Source of the DNA: an uncultured Planctomycetia bacterium
Lineage (GTDB): Bacteria > Omnitrophota > Gorgyraeia > Duberdicusellales > 4484-171
Direction of reading: 5' to 3'
NCBI GenBank assembly: GCA_964536865.1
Contig: CAZHYN010000006.1
Location: 6,674 to 70,673, forward strand
Length of the DNA stretch: 64,000 nucleotides
Below, one piece after another: positions 10,325 through 19,910 of the stretch (position 1 is its first letter; each line of letters opens with the position of its first letter). The notes under the pieces are model-generated. The model searched no databases, was not told the DNA's origin, and saw nothing but the letters and a program-made list of their open reading frames with translations. The translations under genes and the position numbers were made by a program.

Positions 10325-11232
10325 TAACTCTTCGTTTTCCTCTTTTAAAACGAATAGAATGTGTTGCTACCGTTGGAGTATTCGATGGTCTTCATCTCGG
10401 CCACTTATTCCTTATTAGAAAATTAAAAAAAATAGCAAAAAGAAAAAAATTACCCTCATTGGTAGTTACCTTTTGGCCCCCTCCTCAGCGAGTTCTTTCT
10501 TCTTCCTTTTTGGGTTTTCTTACTAACTTGGAAGAAAAGAAGCAGATTTTAGCAAGAGAGGGAATTGATTACTTATTACTTTTTCATACTACGTCTGATT
10601 TATTGCATTTGAGAGGTGAAGAGTTTTTAGAGAAACTTATCTCATCTATAAAAGTAAACACTTTAGTAGTAGGTGAAGATTTTAGATTTGGATATAGGAG
10701 AGAAATCGGTGTTAAAAAATTGAAAAAGTTTTCAGGAGAAATGGGATTTGATGTAATAGTTTTGAAGAAAAAAAAATTAGGAAAGAGAATAATTAGTAGT
10801 TCTTATATAAGAAGACTGATAAAGAAAGCCTCCTTTCCTCAAGCTGAAAGATTACTCGCCAGGCCATATATCATAGAAGGCAAGATAGTTAAAGGCAAGG
10901 GATTAGGTTCTACAATAGGTTACCCTACTTTAAATGTAGATTGGCAAAATAAAATGATACCTAAACGGGGAGTGTATGTGGTTAAGGTATTTTTGAGAAG
11001 AAGGTGGCGCTTGGCTCTCTGTAATATAGGTTTTGCTCCTACCGTCTCAAGAGATAAAAAGATGAGTATGGAAATTTATATTTTACATCTCAAGAAGAAA
11101 ATCAGACCCAAGAAAGCCAAGATTATCTTTTTGAAAAGAATCCGTAGAGAAAGGAAATTTCCTTCTTTGGAAAAGTTGAAGGAGAGAATAGGTAAAGATA
11201 TAAGAGCTGTCCTTTCAAAATATAGTGGTTAA
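10321..11232 (+). CDS. ribF: Bifunctional riboflavin kinase / FMN adenylyltransferase
   Basis: N-terminal nucleotidyltransferase motif (GVFDGLHLGH) and a C-terminal riboflavin kinase domain. Confidence 0.85.
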   Translation: MITLRFPLLKRIECVATVGVFDGLHLGHLFLIRKLKKIAKRKKLPSLVVTFWPPPQRVLSSSFLGFLTNLEEKKQILAREGIDYLLLFHTTSDLLHLRGEEFLEKLISSIKVNTLVVGEDFRFGYRREIGVKKLKKFSGEMGFDVIVLKKKKLGKRIISSSYIRRLIKKASFPQAERLLARPYIIEGKIVKGKGLGSTIGYPTLNVDWQNKMIPKRGVYVVKVFLRRRWRLALCNIGFAPTVSRDKKMSMEIYILHLKKKIRPKKAKIIFLKRIRRERKFPSLEKLKERIGKDIRAVLSKYSG

Positions 11233-11287
11233 ATCGCTCCTCCCCCCCAATCTTTAGTGTTTCTCATAATAAATCAATTAAAATTTC

Positions 11288-11316
11288 TTGACAAATGTAG
11301 TTTGGTAAATTATATT
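11288..11316 (+). promoter_or_regulatory. Sigma70-like promoter of the dcw operon (TTGACA-17-TATATT)
   Basis: TTGACA at 11288-11293 and TATATT at 11311-11316, with a 17-nt spacer, just upstream of mraZ. Confidence 0.55.
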
Positions 11317-11322
11317 TATATT

Positions 11323-11350
11323 GTGGAATAAAGTGGAGTAAAGTGGAATG
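11323..11350 (+). promoter_or_regulatory. Putative MraZ operator: three direct GTGGA repeats with 10-bp periodicity
   Basis: GTGGAATAAA GTGGAGTAAA GTGGAATGTGG sits immediately upstream of and overlapping the mraZ start. It resembles MraZ-box direct repeats (GTGG with a 10-nt period). Confidence 0.5.
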
Positions 11351-11779
11351 TGGTATGGCAAATATTTTCATACCTTAGATTCTAAAGATAGATTTATCCT
11401 TCCTGCAAAGTTCCGAGAAAAAATGAAAAAGATGAAAAGCAAAGTCTTTTATCTTACCTGCGGCTTAGATGGATGTTTATTTTTATTTTCTCATGACACC
11501 TGGAGAAAGATGGAAGAAAAGTTGAAATCCCTATCATTTACTAAACAACAGTCTCGATATTTTAATCGATTATATTTTAGTGGGGCACAAGAGGTAGAAG
11601 TTGATTCTCAAGGGAGAATCACTATTCCCTCCTATCTTAAAGAGTTTGCAGAAATCAAAAGAGAGATAATAATTTTAGGGGTTGCCGATAGAATTGAAAT
11701 TTGGGATAGAGAAAAATGGGAGAAGTTTTATGTTGACAATAGAAAGAGATTCGAAGAAATGGCAGAAGGTCTCTTTTAA
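11348..11779 (+). CDS. mraZ: Transcriptional regulator MraZ
   Basis: Duplicated DXXXR-type MraZ fold and first position in the dcw cluster. Confidence 0.85.
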   Translation: MWYGKYFHTLDSKDRFILPAKFREKMKKMKSKVFYLTCGLDGCLFLFSHDTWRKMEEKLKSLSFTKQQSRYFNRLYFSGAQEVEVDSQGRITIPSYLKEFAEIKREIIILGVADRIEIWDREKWEKFYVDNRKRFEEMAEGLF

Positions 11780-12680
11780 CAAAGAGACAGCCCATTATCC
11801 GGTGATGTATAAGGAGGTGATACATTATCTTATTCCTATTGTAAGAAAGGTAATCGTAGACTGCACCTTAGGAGTAGGTTCTCATGCTTTAAAACTCCTT
11901 CCTCATCTAAAAGAAGGTGCTATTCTTATAGGGATTGATAAAGATGGAGATTCTTTAGAAGTAGCTCGTCAGAGATTAAGGGGCTTTAAAGATAAAGTAG
12001 TTTTAGTTAAAGATGATTTTCGCAATATAGATGTGATTTTAGATAGTTTAGGTTTCAATAAGGCAGATGCTTTTCTTTTTGATTTAGGGGTATCCAGTTT
12101 TCAACTTAGTGATCCTCAGCGAGGATTTAGTTTCTTAAGAGAAGGTCCTTTGGATATGCGGATGGATAGAGAATCTTTTCTATGTGCTTATGATTTGGTT
12201 AATAATTTAAGCGAAAGAGAATTAGCAATAATTTTTGAAAAGTTTGGCCAAGAGCGTTATTCTCGAAGAATAGCTCATTTTTTGGTGGAGGAAAGAAAAA
12301 AATCACTCCTTTCTACCACTGGGCAACTTAGAGATACGATTCTACGCGCTATTCCTAAAAGAAATACGTATCATAGGATTCATCCTGCTACTAGAATATT
12401 TCAAGCATTGAGGATTGCTGTTAATAGGGAGCTTGATTGTTTAAAAGAGGGATTGGAGAAAGCAATTCCTCGGTTATCCGGGGGAGGAAGAATCATAGTT
12501 ATATCTTTTCATTCTTTGGAGGATAGAATTGTAAAAAATACTTTTAGGAAATTCTCTGCCTCTAAGGTATTAAATATACTTACAAAGAAGCCTTTTGTGC
12601 CTACCTTGGAAGAAATAACAGAGAATGTTCGTTCTCGCTCAGCTAAGTTAAGAGCGGCAGAGCGAATTTTCTCTGAGTAA
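11682..12680 (+). CDS. rsmH: 16S rRNA (cytosine1402-N4)-methyltransferase
   Basis: The HYPVMYKEV N-terminal motif and SAM-binding motifs are present, and it follows mraZ. The true start is probably downstream of the ORF-track start, which overlaps mraZ. Confidence 0.85.
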   Translation: MPIELKFGIEKNGRSFMLTIERDSKKWQKVSFNKETAHYPVMYKEVIHYLIPIVRKVIVDCTLGVGSHALKLLPHLKEGAILIGIDKDGDSLEVARQRLRGFKDKVVLVKDDFRNIDVILDSLGFNKADAFLFDLGVSSFQLSDPQRGFSFLREGPLDMRMDRESFLCAYDLVNNLSERELAIIFEKFGQERYSRRIAHFLVEERKKSLLSTTGQLRDTILRAIPKRNTYHRIHPATRIFQALRIAVNRELDCLKEGLEKAIPRLSGGGRIIVISFHSLEDRIVKNTFRKFSASKVLNILTKKPFVPTLEEITENVRSRSAKLRAAERIFSE

Positions 12681-12692
12681 AGTTATTTAAAA

Positions 12693-13058
12693 ATGAAACG
12701 CGGAATTATTTGTTTAATAGGAATATTTACTTTTCTTCTTCTTTACCTCCATCAAAAAATTTCCCTCTATATTGAAGCTTATCGATTAGCTAAGAACTAC
12801 AAAATTTATAACGAATTAGTTGCTAAACGTGACGCTTTAATGTATAATTTTTATAGTAAAACTTCTCTGGAAAAACTTAATCAATGGGCAGAAATTCATC
12901 AGTTTATAATTCCTGAGGAAGAGAAGGTGTTAGCTTACCGTATTAAGAAAGCTGAAAGTGCTTACTCTAAAGCTGGATGGATGACTGTTTTAGCTCAGGT
13001 TAACCGTAGGATTTTTAACTTACCTCTACGTTCCCAAACTTTCGCTGAGGAGAAATAA
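12693..13058 (+). CDS. ftsL: FtsL-like small membrane cell-division protein
   Basis: A 121-aa protein with one N-terminal TM helix, sitting between rsmH and ftsI. Confidence 0.5.
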   Translation: MKRGIICLIGIFTFLLLYLHQKISLYIEAYRLAKNYKIYNELVAKRDALMYNFYSKTSLEKLNQWAEIHQFIIPEEEKVLAYRIKKAESAYSKAGWMTVLAQVNRRIFNLPLRSQTFAEEK

Positions 13059-13070
13059 CTTTTTTAAAGT

Positions 13071-14771
13071 GTGAAAGATGTAGGGAAAAATCTTAGAATA
13101 TATATCGTACTCTCTTTTCTAGCCCTCACTTTTTTTGCTATCTTAGGTAAAATAGCTTATCTTCAGGTGTTTAATAAGGAATTTTTCAAAAATTTAGCTT
13201 ATTCTCAGTACATTACAGTTATATCTCTAAATGGAGAAAGGGGGAAAATTTATGATAGGGAGGATAGAATTTTAGCTACCGACCTTACTACCTACTCTGT
13301 GTACGCCGATCCTCAATTAGTTGAGGATAAGGATAAGTTTTGTAAAGAGATTTCAGAAGTTCTAAAGATATATAGAGAGAAAGTTAAAGAGAATCTCGAT
13401 TCACCAAAGCGATTCGTATGGATTAAAAGAAAGATATCGTGGGAGGAGAAAGAAAAGGTTGAAAAGTTAAAATTGAAAGGTTTAGGATTTATAAGGGAGA
13501 AAAAGAGATTTTACCCTCACGGGACTCTTGCTGCGCATATTCTGGGAGGAGTAGACCTTGACAATCGAGGAATAGAGGGAATAGAACTCTTTTACGAAGG
13601 TTATTTACAAGGGAAAGAAGGTATCGCTACCGTTTTTAAAGACTCCTCAGCTTCTACTTTTACTTTTCATCCTCAGGTTTTTCATCCTCAGAAAGGGGCG
13701 GATGTTTTTTTGACTATAGATGCCCAAATTCAGTACTGGAGTGAGAGTTATTTAAAGGAGACTATAGAGAAATTTAAGGCAAAAGCTGGTTCGGTAATAG
13801 TAATGGATGCCTCTAATGGGGAACTATTGGCTTTAGCCAACTGGCCTACTTTTGATCCTAACAGGATAGGTGAGTTTATGCCGTCACAGATAAGAAATAG
13901 AGCGATTACTGATATATTCGAGCCTGGTTCGGTATTCAAAATAGTTACTTTGGTTACCGCTATCGCTGAGAAAAAAAATTCTCCTCAAAAAGTGATATTT
14001 TGTGAGAGAGGAAAGTATAAAATTCCTGGGAGTATTCTTCATGATTGGAAACCTTATGGAGAGCTTACTTTTAAAGAGGTATTTAAGAAATCTAGTAATA
14101 TTGGAGTAGCAAAAATTGCTCAAAGTTTGTCCCCTTTTTCTCTTTATGCTTATATGAAGAAGCTTGGTTTTGGAGTAAAAACAGATATAGATTTGCCAGG
14201 AGAGACCTCTGGGATTTTAAAATCTCCTAGAGAGTGGAGTAAAACCTCTTATTTTATTATTCCTATCGGTCAAGAAGTAGCAGTAACTCTGATTCAGTTA
14301 GCCTCAGCTATGGCTACCATTGCTAATGGAGGTTACAGAGTAAGACCTCATTTGGTGAGAAAGATTTGGTATGGTGAATCTTTCTGGGAGTTTAAACCTC
14401 ATAAGAAGAGGGTGTTACCTTCTAAAGTGGCAGAGAGTGTAAGAGAAATACTTAAAGAAGTAGTAGAGGAAGGAACAGGAAAGCTTGCCAGAATTGATGG
14501 AGCAGTAGTAGGAGGTAAGACAGGAACCGCTCAAAAGTTTGATGTAGAAAGGAAGAGATATTCCCATACAAGGTATCGAGCCTCTTTTGTGGGGTTTATT
14601 CAAAAAGATTCCCATCCTTTAGTTATAGCAGTAAGTGTGGATGAGCCTACTAAGTCTCATTTTGGAGGAGTAGTAGCTGCTCCTCTTTTTAAGAAGATAG
14701 GGGAAAATATTTTAAAGTATAGAGCAATAGTAGAGAAGAAAAGCGAAACTTTCCTAATAGAGAAGATGTAA
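13071..14771 (+). CDS. ftsI: Peptidoglycan D,D-transpeptidase FtsI (class B PBP)
   Basis: PBP dimerisation and transpeptidase domains with SxxK (SVFK), SxN and KTG (KTGTA) motifs. Confidence 0.8.
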   Translation: MKDVGKNLRIYIVLSFLALTFFAILGKIAYLQVFNKEFFKNLAYSQYITVISLNGERGKIYDREDRILATDLTTYSVYADPQLVEDKDKFCKEISEVLKIYREKVKENLDSPKRFVWIKRKISWEEKEKVEKLKLKGLGFIREKKRFYPHGTLAAHILGGVDLDNRGIEGIELFYEGYLQGKEGIATVFKDSSASTFTFHPQVFHPQKGADVFLTIDAQIQYWSESYLKETIEKFKAKAGSVIVMDASNGELLALANWPTFDPNRIGEFMPSQIRNRAITDIFEPGSVFKIVTLVTAIAEKKNSPQKVIFCERGKYKIPGSILHDWKPYGELTFKEVFKKSSNIGVAKIAQSLSPFSLYAYMKKLGFGVKTDIDLPGETSGILKSPREWSKTSYFIIPIGQEVAVTLIQLASAMATIANGGYRVRPHLVRKIWYGESFWEFKPHKKRVLPSKVAESVREILKEVVEEGTGKLARIDGAVVGGKTGTAQKFDVERKRYSHTRYRASFVGFIQKDSHPLVIAVSVDEPTKSHFGGVVAAPLFKKIGENILKYRAIVEKKSETFLIEKM

Positions 14772-14782
14772 AAAGACTTTAA

Positions 14783-16222
14783 ATGAAGCTGAGGGAGTTT
14801 TTCCCCAACCTTAAGTTAGAGGAAAGACTAGCCAACCTAGAGATAAAAAATATATCCAGAGATTCTCACACCCTTAAGAAAGGAGATATGTTTTTTATAA
14901 TCGAAGGTGCATCTTTTGATATTTTCAGTATCCTAAATCAGATAAAAGATAAAGTAGCAGTATTTGTAGGAGATAAAAAAAAGAAAAAAGTTATTGTTTC
15001 TGTCTTAAAAGAAGCACCTGTTATTTATGTTGATGACCCTTATAAAGAATTTAGAAAAGCAGTAGATAAATTGTATTCTCATTCTTTGGAGGGGTTAACT
15101 TTTATTGGTGTAACTGGTAGTAATGGTAAAACTACCACTGCCTTTGTAATTTATGAACTCTTAAAAATGTTTAAGAAGCCTACCTCTTTAATTGGTACAG
15201 TGGGCTACTACATAGAAGATAAAAAAATGGAAGCTACTTATACTACTCCTGATTATCTTTCTTTAAGAAAGCTACTTTCCCTAATAAAAAAAAGAAATTC
15301 TTATGTAGTAATGGAGGTTTCCTCTCATGCTTTACAACAAAAGAGAGTAGAGGGAATTGAGTTCTCTCAGTGCATCTTTACTAATCTTTCCAGAGACCAT
15401 CTTGACTATCATTCTACCATGCAAAGTTACTTTAAAGCTAAGGAAAGACTTTTCTTAGACAATCCCAAGGCTACGGCTTTAGTAAACATAGATAACTACT
15501 ATGGGCGGAAGCTTGTTAGTCAAATAGATAATCATTTGGTTACTTATGGATTTAAAAAGAAGGCTCATTTTAGGGCATACGATTTAACTATTTCCAAAGA
15601 GGGAAGCAGGTTTACTTTACTTCATCGAGAAAAAACTTACCCTATAAGGATAAAGCTTTTGGGGAGACATAATATCCTCAATATTCTTGCTGGATTTGCT
15701 TCTTTAGTGGAATTAGGATTTAATCCAGATGCGGTTGCTAAATTTTTACCCCAACTTAATTCTCCTTTGGGAAGACTTCAGTTGATAGATAGGGAGATCT
15801 ACGTAGACTACGCCCACACTCCTCAGGCTTTAAAAACTACTCTTGCTACTTTAAGGGAAGTAGGATACCAGAAGGTTGTGTGTGTATTTGGTTGTGGAGG
15901 AGATAGGGATAAGGGGAAAAGAGCTGTAATGGGAGAGGTTGCTTCTTGTCTTGCTGATTTTACTATCTTGACTTCTGATAACCCACGCAGTGAAGACCCT
16001 TATCAAATTGTCTCTCAGATAGAGAAAGGATTTAAAAGGGATAATTACACAGTAGTTTTAGATAGAAGGGAAGCAATAAAAAAAGCTTTAGAGATTGGAA
16101 GGAGACAGAAGTGTGCTGTTCTTATTGCCGGGAAAGGCCATGAGAACTATCAAATCATAAAGGATAGAAGGATTCCCTTCTGTGATACTTCAGTTGTTAG
16201 AGAGCTTCTTAAGAATGAGTGA
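14783..16222 (+). CDS. murE: UDP-N-acetylmuramoyl-tripeptide synthetase (meso-DAP or Lys adding)
   Basis: Mur ligase P-loop (GVTGSNGKTTT) and the DNPR motif. Confidence 0.85.
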   Translation: MKLREFFPNLKLEERLANLEIKNISRDSHTLKKGDMFFIIEGASFDIFSILNQIKDKVAVFVGDKKKKKVIVSVLKEAPVIYVDDPYKEFRKAVDKLYSHSLEGLTFIGVTGSNGKTTTAFVIYELLKMFKKPTSLIGTVGYYIEDKKMEATYTTPDYLSLRKLLSLIKKRNSYVVMEVSSHALQQKRVEGIEFSQCIFTNLSRDHLDYHSTMQSYFKAKERLFLDNPKATALVNIDNYYGRKLVSQIDNHLVTYGFKKKAHFRAYDLTISKEGSRFTLLHREKTYPIRIKLLGRHNILNILAGFASLVELGFNPDAVAKFLPQLNSPLGRLQLIDREIYVDYAHTPQALKTTLATLREVGYQKVVCVFGCGGDRDKGKRAVMGEVASCLADFTILTSDNPRSEDPYQIVSQIEKGFKRDNYTVVLDRREAIKKALEIGRRQKCAVLIAGKGHENYQIIKDRRIPFCDTSVVRELLKNE

Positions 16223-17561
16223 ATTTACGCTTTTAAAATTAACCAGGATATTAAAACCCAAGAGAGTATTAAATAAAAGATTTTTTAAACAACCAACAGG
16301 ATTTTCCATAGACTCACGCACCCTTAAGAAGGGGGAAGCTTTTATTGCTATTAAAGGGAAGTACTTTGATGGACACCAATTTATCGATGAAGCTATCCAT
16401 AAAGGAGCAGTTCTGATAGTAAGTGAGAATGGAAAAGAAAAGAAAAAAGAGAGAGTTTGTAGTTTTGTAGTTGAAAATACCATTTCCAGTTTAGAGAGAG
16501 TAAGTAAGTATATAAGGGAGAGAGCATCGCCTAAAAAAGTGATAGCTATTACAGGTTCTGTAGGGAAGACTACTACTAAGGAGATGCTTTTCTATCTTTT
16601 AAGGGAAAAATTTTCTGTCCTATGTAATAAGAAATCAGAAAATAATCTTCTGGGAGTATGCAAAACTCTCCTTAATCTTAAAGGAGAGGAGATACTCATT
16701 TTAGAACTCGGGACAAATTCTCCTGGAGAGATAAAAAGATTAACTGATCTTTGCCGTCCTCATATGGGAGTAATCACTTTTATAAAGTCTGTGCATCTAG
16801 AGGGGTTATCTTCTCTTAAAGGAGTGTTAGAGGAGAAAATAGCAGTTATAGCTAAAAACGCCGATACTATTGGCATACTTAACAGGGATGATTACCTTCT
16901 GCGGAGAGTAAACTTAGCTAATAGGATATTCTGGTTTGGTAGAAGTAGAGAGGCACATATTTATGCTAAACTTTTAGAGAAAAATGAGAGAGAAAGTATA
17001 TTTTCCATAAATGGTAGATATCTTCTTCGTCTTAAAACCTTTGCTTCCTTTTTTATCTACAATACGCTAGCTTCTCTCTTGGTAGCTGTCCTTTTAGGTT
17101 TAGATCTAAAAGAATGTATAGAGAGAATGAGTGAGTTTGAAGGCTTTCCTCCCATGCGTATGGAAAAAATAATAAAGAGAGGATTGTTATTTATAAATGA
17201 TGCTTACAATTCTAATCCTTTTTCTCTAAGAGAGTCGATAAGGACATTAAGTGTTTATTCTCTCCCCAAGGTTGCTGTGATAGCGGATATGTTAGAGTTA
17301 GGGAGGAGAGTTTATCACTATCATAGAAGTTTAGGGCATCTCTTAATCTCTGCTGGTTTTGATTATATAATAACTTTTGGTAAGCATGTTTACTTTCTGA
17401 AGGAAATGTTAGAGAAACTGGGTCATCCCCGAGTAATTCATTTAGATTCTCATGAGAAAATTGCTTCCTTTTTAAGGAAGCTAACTAAAAACAAAAAGTA
17501 CCTTATTTTTTTAAAAGGTTCTCGAAATATGAAGTTAGAGGAAGTTATTAGAAAGTTTTAA
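16182..17561 (+). CDS. murF: UDP-MurNAc-pentapeptide synthetase
   Basis: Mur ligase P-loop (ITGSVGKTTT) and position after murE. Confidence 0.85.
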   Translation: MILQLLESFLRMSEFTLLKLTRILKPKRVLNKRFFKQPTGFSIDSRTLKKGEAFIAIKGKYFDGHQFIDEAIHKGAVLIVSENGKEKKKERVCSFVVENTISSLERVSKYIRERASPKKVIAITGSVGKTTTKEMLFYLLREKFSVLCNKKSENNLLGVCKTLLNLKGEEILILELGTNSPGEIKRLTDLCRPHMGVITFIKSVHLEGLSSLKGVLEEKIAVIAKNADTIGILNRDDYLLRRVNLANRIFWFGRSREAHIYAKLLEKNERESIFSINGRYLLRLKTFASFFIYNTLASLLVAVLLGLDLKECIERMSEFEGFPPMRMEKIIKRGLLFINDAYNSNPFSLRESIRTLSVYSLPKVAVIADMLELGRRVYHYHRSLGHLLISAGFDYIITFGKHVYFLKEMLEKLGHPRVIHLDSHEKIASFLRKLTKNKKYLIFLKGSRNMKLEEVIRKF

Positions 17562-17562
17562 T

Positions 17563-18651
17563 ATGCTTTATCATTTTCTTTACCCTCTTAGCAAGTATTC
17601 CATTGTTTTCAATGTACTAAAGTACATTACCTTCCGAAGTGGATGTGCTTTTGTTACTTCCTTCTTACTTACATTCATTTTATGGAAGCAGTTTAAGAAA
17701 ATGAAATTCTTTGATAAGTTTGGCTTCTATGAAAAGATAGATATGTATGGTCACCCTCACTTGGAGAGTCTTTATAAGGATAAGAAGGGAACACCTACTA
17801 TGGGGGGGTTAATAATTATTATCTCCGTAATTACCTCTGTTTTTATTTGGATGAGATGGAATATAAGTTTGAGTTGGTATACTCTTATAGTTATGCTTTT
17901 TTTAGCAGGGGTAGGGTTTAGAGATGATTTACTTAAAATAAAAAAGGGGAAAGGGTTATCTAGAGGGGTAAAACTTGCTTCTCAAGTATTCATTGGTATA
18001 GTTGTCGGTTTGATTATCTACATTCGCAAAGATATTTCTACCAGGATCGATTTACCTTTCTTTAAGAAGATAGTTATAGATTTAGGCTATTTTTATATCT
18101 TTTGGGCTAGTTTAATAATTGTAGCTACCTCCAACGCAGTAAATTTTACTGATGGCTTAGATGGTTTGGCTATAGGAGGAATAATTTCTTCTTCTTTAAT
18201 ATTTGCAATTCTCTGTTATGTCTGCGGGAATATAAAGTTTTCCCATTACCTTTTTATTCCTTATATAAAGAATGCAGGTGAGCTTACAATACTGTGTGCT
18301 TCTATTCTTGGCGCTAGTTTAGGATTCCTTTGGTATAACTGTTATCCTGCAGAGGTTTTCATGGGGGATACTGGAGCCCTCTCCTTAGGGGGTCTCTTAG
18401 GAGCGGTTGCTCTTTTTATAAAGAAGGAATTTCTTCTTATTATCTGTGGTGGAGTATTTGTGGTGGAAGCTCTTAGTGTAGTGTTGCAAATTGCTTCAGT
18501 CAAACTTAGAGGTAAGAAAATGTTTAGAGCTGCCCCTCTTCATCACCACTTTCAGATAAGAGGAATTCCTGAAGCAAAGATAATTGTGAGATTTTGGATT
18601 ATCTATGCTATCCTTGCGGTAGTAGCCCTTCTTACGTTAAAACTCAGATGA
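17563..18651 (+). CDS. mraY: Phospho-N-acetylmuramoyl-pentapeptide transferase
   Basis: NAVNFTDGLDGLA motif and a polytopic membrane topology. Confidence 0.9.
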   Translation: MLYHFLYPLSKYSIVFNVLKYITFRSGCAFVTSFLLTFILWKQFKKMKFFDKFGFYEKIDMYGHPHLESLYKDKKGTPTMGGLIIIISVITSVFIWMRWNISLSWYTLIVMLFLAGVGFRDDLLKIKKGKGLSRGVKLASQVFIGIVVGLIIYIRKDISTRIDLPFFKKIVIDLGYFYIFWASLIIVATSNAVNFTDGLDGLAIGGIISSSLIFAILCYVCGNIKFSHYLFIPYIKNAGELTILCASILGASLGFLWYNCYPAEVFMGDTGALSLGGLLGAVALFIKKEFLLIICGGVFVVEALSVVLQIASVKLRGKKMFRAAPLHHHFQIRGIPEAKIIVRFWIIYAILAVVALLTLKLR

Positions 18652-19910
18652 AAATAGATAAATTCACTACTGTATGTGTGGTGGGATTTAAAAAAAGTGG
18701 GATTTCTCTATGTAGATTTTTTCTCTCTTTGGGCAAGAGGGTAAAGGTTAGTGAAATTTCTCCTTATAAGTGTATTTACCCTACTTATAGATTAACTATT
18801 GATCAACTTAAAAAAAGAGGAGTAGAGTTTGAATTTGGTGCTCATACCAAGAGTTTTTTAAAGGGGGTTGATCTTATTGCGTTAAGTCCGGGGGTAGATA
18901 CAGCTAACTCTTGTATCTGTAAAATAGCTAAAGAGTTAAATATTTTAACCGTGGGAGAACTAGAGGTGGCTAGTTGGCTTAACAAAGCCAAGATTATTGC
19001 TATTACCGGTACTAATGGGAAAAGTACCACAGCTTTTCTTGTTTATCTTCTTCTTAAGAGAAAGGGGATGCGTTGTCATTTAGCAGGAAATATAGGTATT
19101 CCCTTCTCTTCAATAGCCTTAAAAACAAAGGAAGAAGACTTAGTGGTTTTAGAGGTAAGCTCCTACCAATTAGAAAGTATTATAGAATTCAGACCATTCA
19201 TCTCTTGTCTCATTAATCTTGAGCCTGATCATTTAGATAGGTACAAAGAGTTTGCCTGCTATCGAAGAGCTAAGTTGAATATATTTAAAAACCAAGGAAA
19301 GAGTGATTATGCTGTTGTTAACAAACGTATATTTTTAAAAGATATACTCCCTACCATCCAAGCTAAACTGGTGTACTTTGATAAGGAGTTTAAAAATGAA
19401 AATTATTCCGCTGCTTATACTATCGTTTCTCTTCTGGGCATAGATAAGGCCTTCTGTAAGAGCCTTTTTTCTTCTTTCAGAGGTTTGCCTCACCGAATGC
19501 AGTTGGTGGGGGAAGTTAACGGTATAACTTTTATTAATGATTCTAAAGCTACCAATCCTTCTTCTACTGCTTATGCTCTAAGCGTAATTAAAAAGCCAGT
19601 TATCTTAATCGCTGGAGGTAGAGATAAAGGGATGGATTATTCAATAATTAAGCCCTTTTTAAAAAGAGTAAAGAAGATTAATCTCTTTGGGGAAGCTAAA
19701 GATAAGCTAAAGGAGTCTCTAGAGTTTTATCCTTATATGGAGACTTTTTCAAATTTGAGGGAAGCTATTATTGCTTCTTTTAAGGAAGCCAGAGAGGGAG
19801 ATGTGATCCTTTTTTCTCCTATGTGCTCTAGCTTTGATGCATTTTCCAGTTACATTGAAAGAGGTCATTTTTTTATTGCTACAGTTAAGCAGTTAGGTGA
19901 GCAAAATTAA
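18648..19910 (+). CDS. murD: UDP-N-acetylmuramoylalanine--D-glutamate ligase
   Basis: Mur ligase P-loop (ITGTNGKSTT). The ATGA start/stop overlaps mraY; the ORF-track start at 18594 is likely too early. Confidence 0.85.
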   Translation: MKIDKFTTVCVVGFKKSGISLCRFFLSLGKRVKVSEISPYKCIYPTYRLTIDQLKKRGVEFEFGAHTKSFLKGVDLIALSPGVDTANSCICKIAKELNILTVGELEVASWLNKAKIIAITGTNGKSTTAFLVYLLLKRKGMRCHLAGNIGIPFSSIALKTKEEDLVVLEVSSYQLESIIEFRPFISCLINLEPDHLDRYKEFACYRRAKLNIFKNQGKSDYAVVNKRIFLKDILPTIQAKLVYFDKEFKNENYSAAYTIVSLLGIDKAFCKSLFSSFRGLPHRMQLVGEVNGITFINDSKATNPSSTAYALSVIKKPVILIAGGRDKGMDYSIIKPFLKRVKKINLFGEAKDKLKESLEFYPYMETFSNLREAIIASFKEAREGDVILFSPMCSSFDAFSSYIERGHFFIATVKQLGEQN

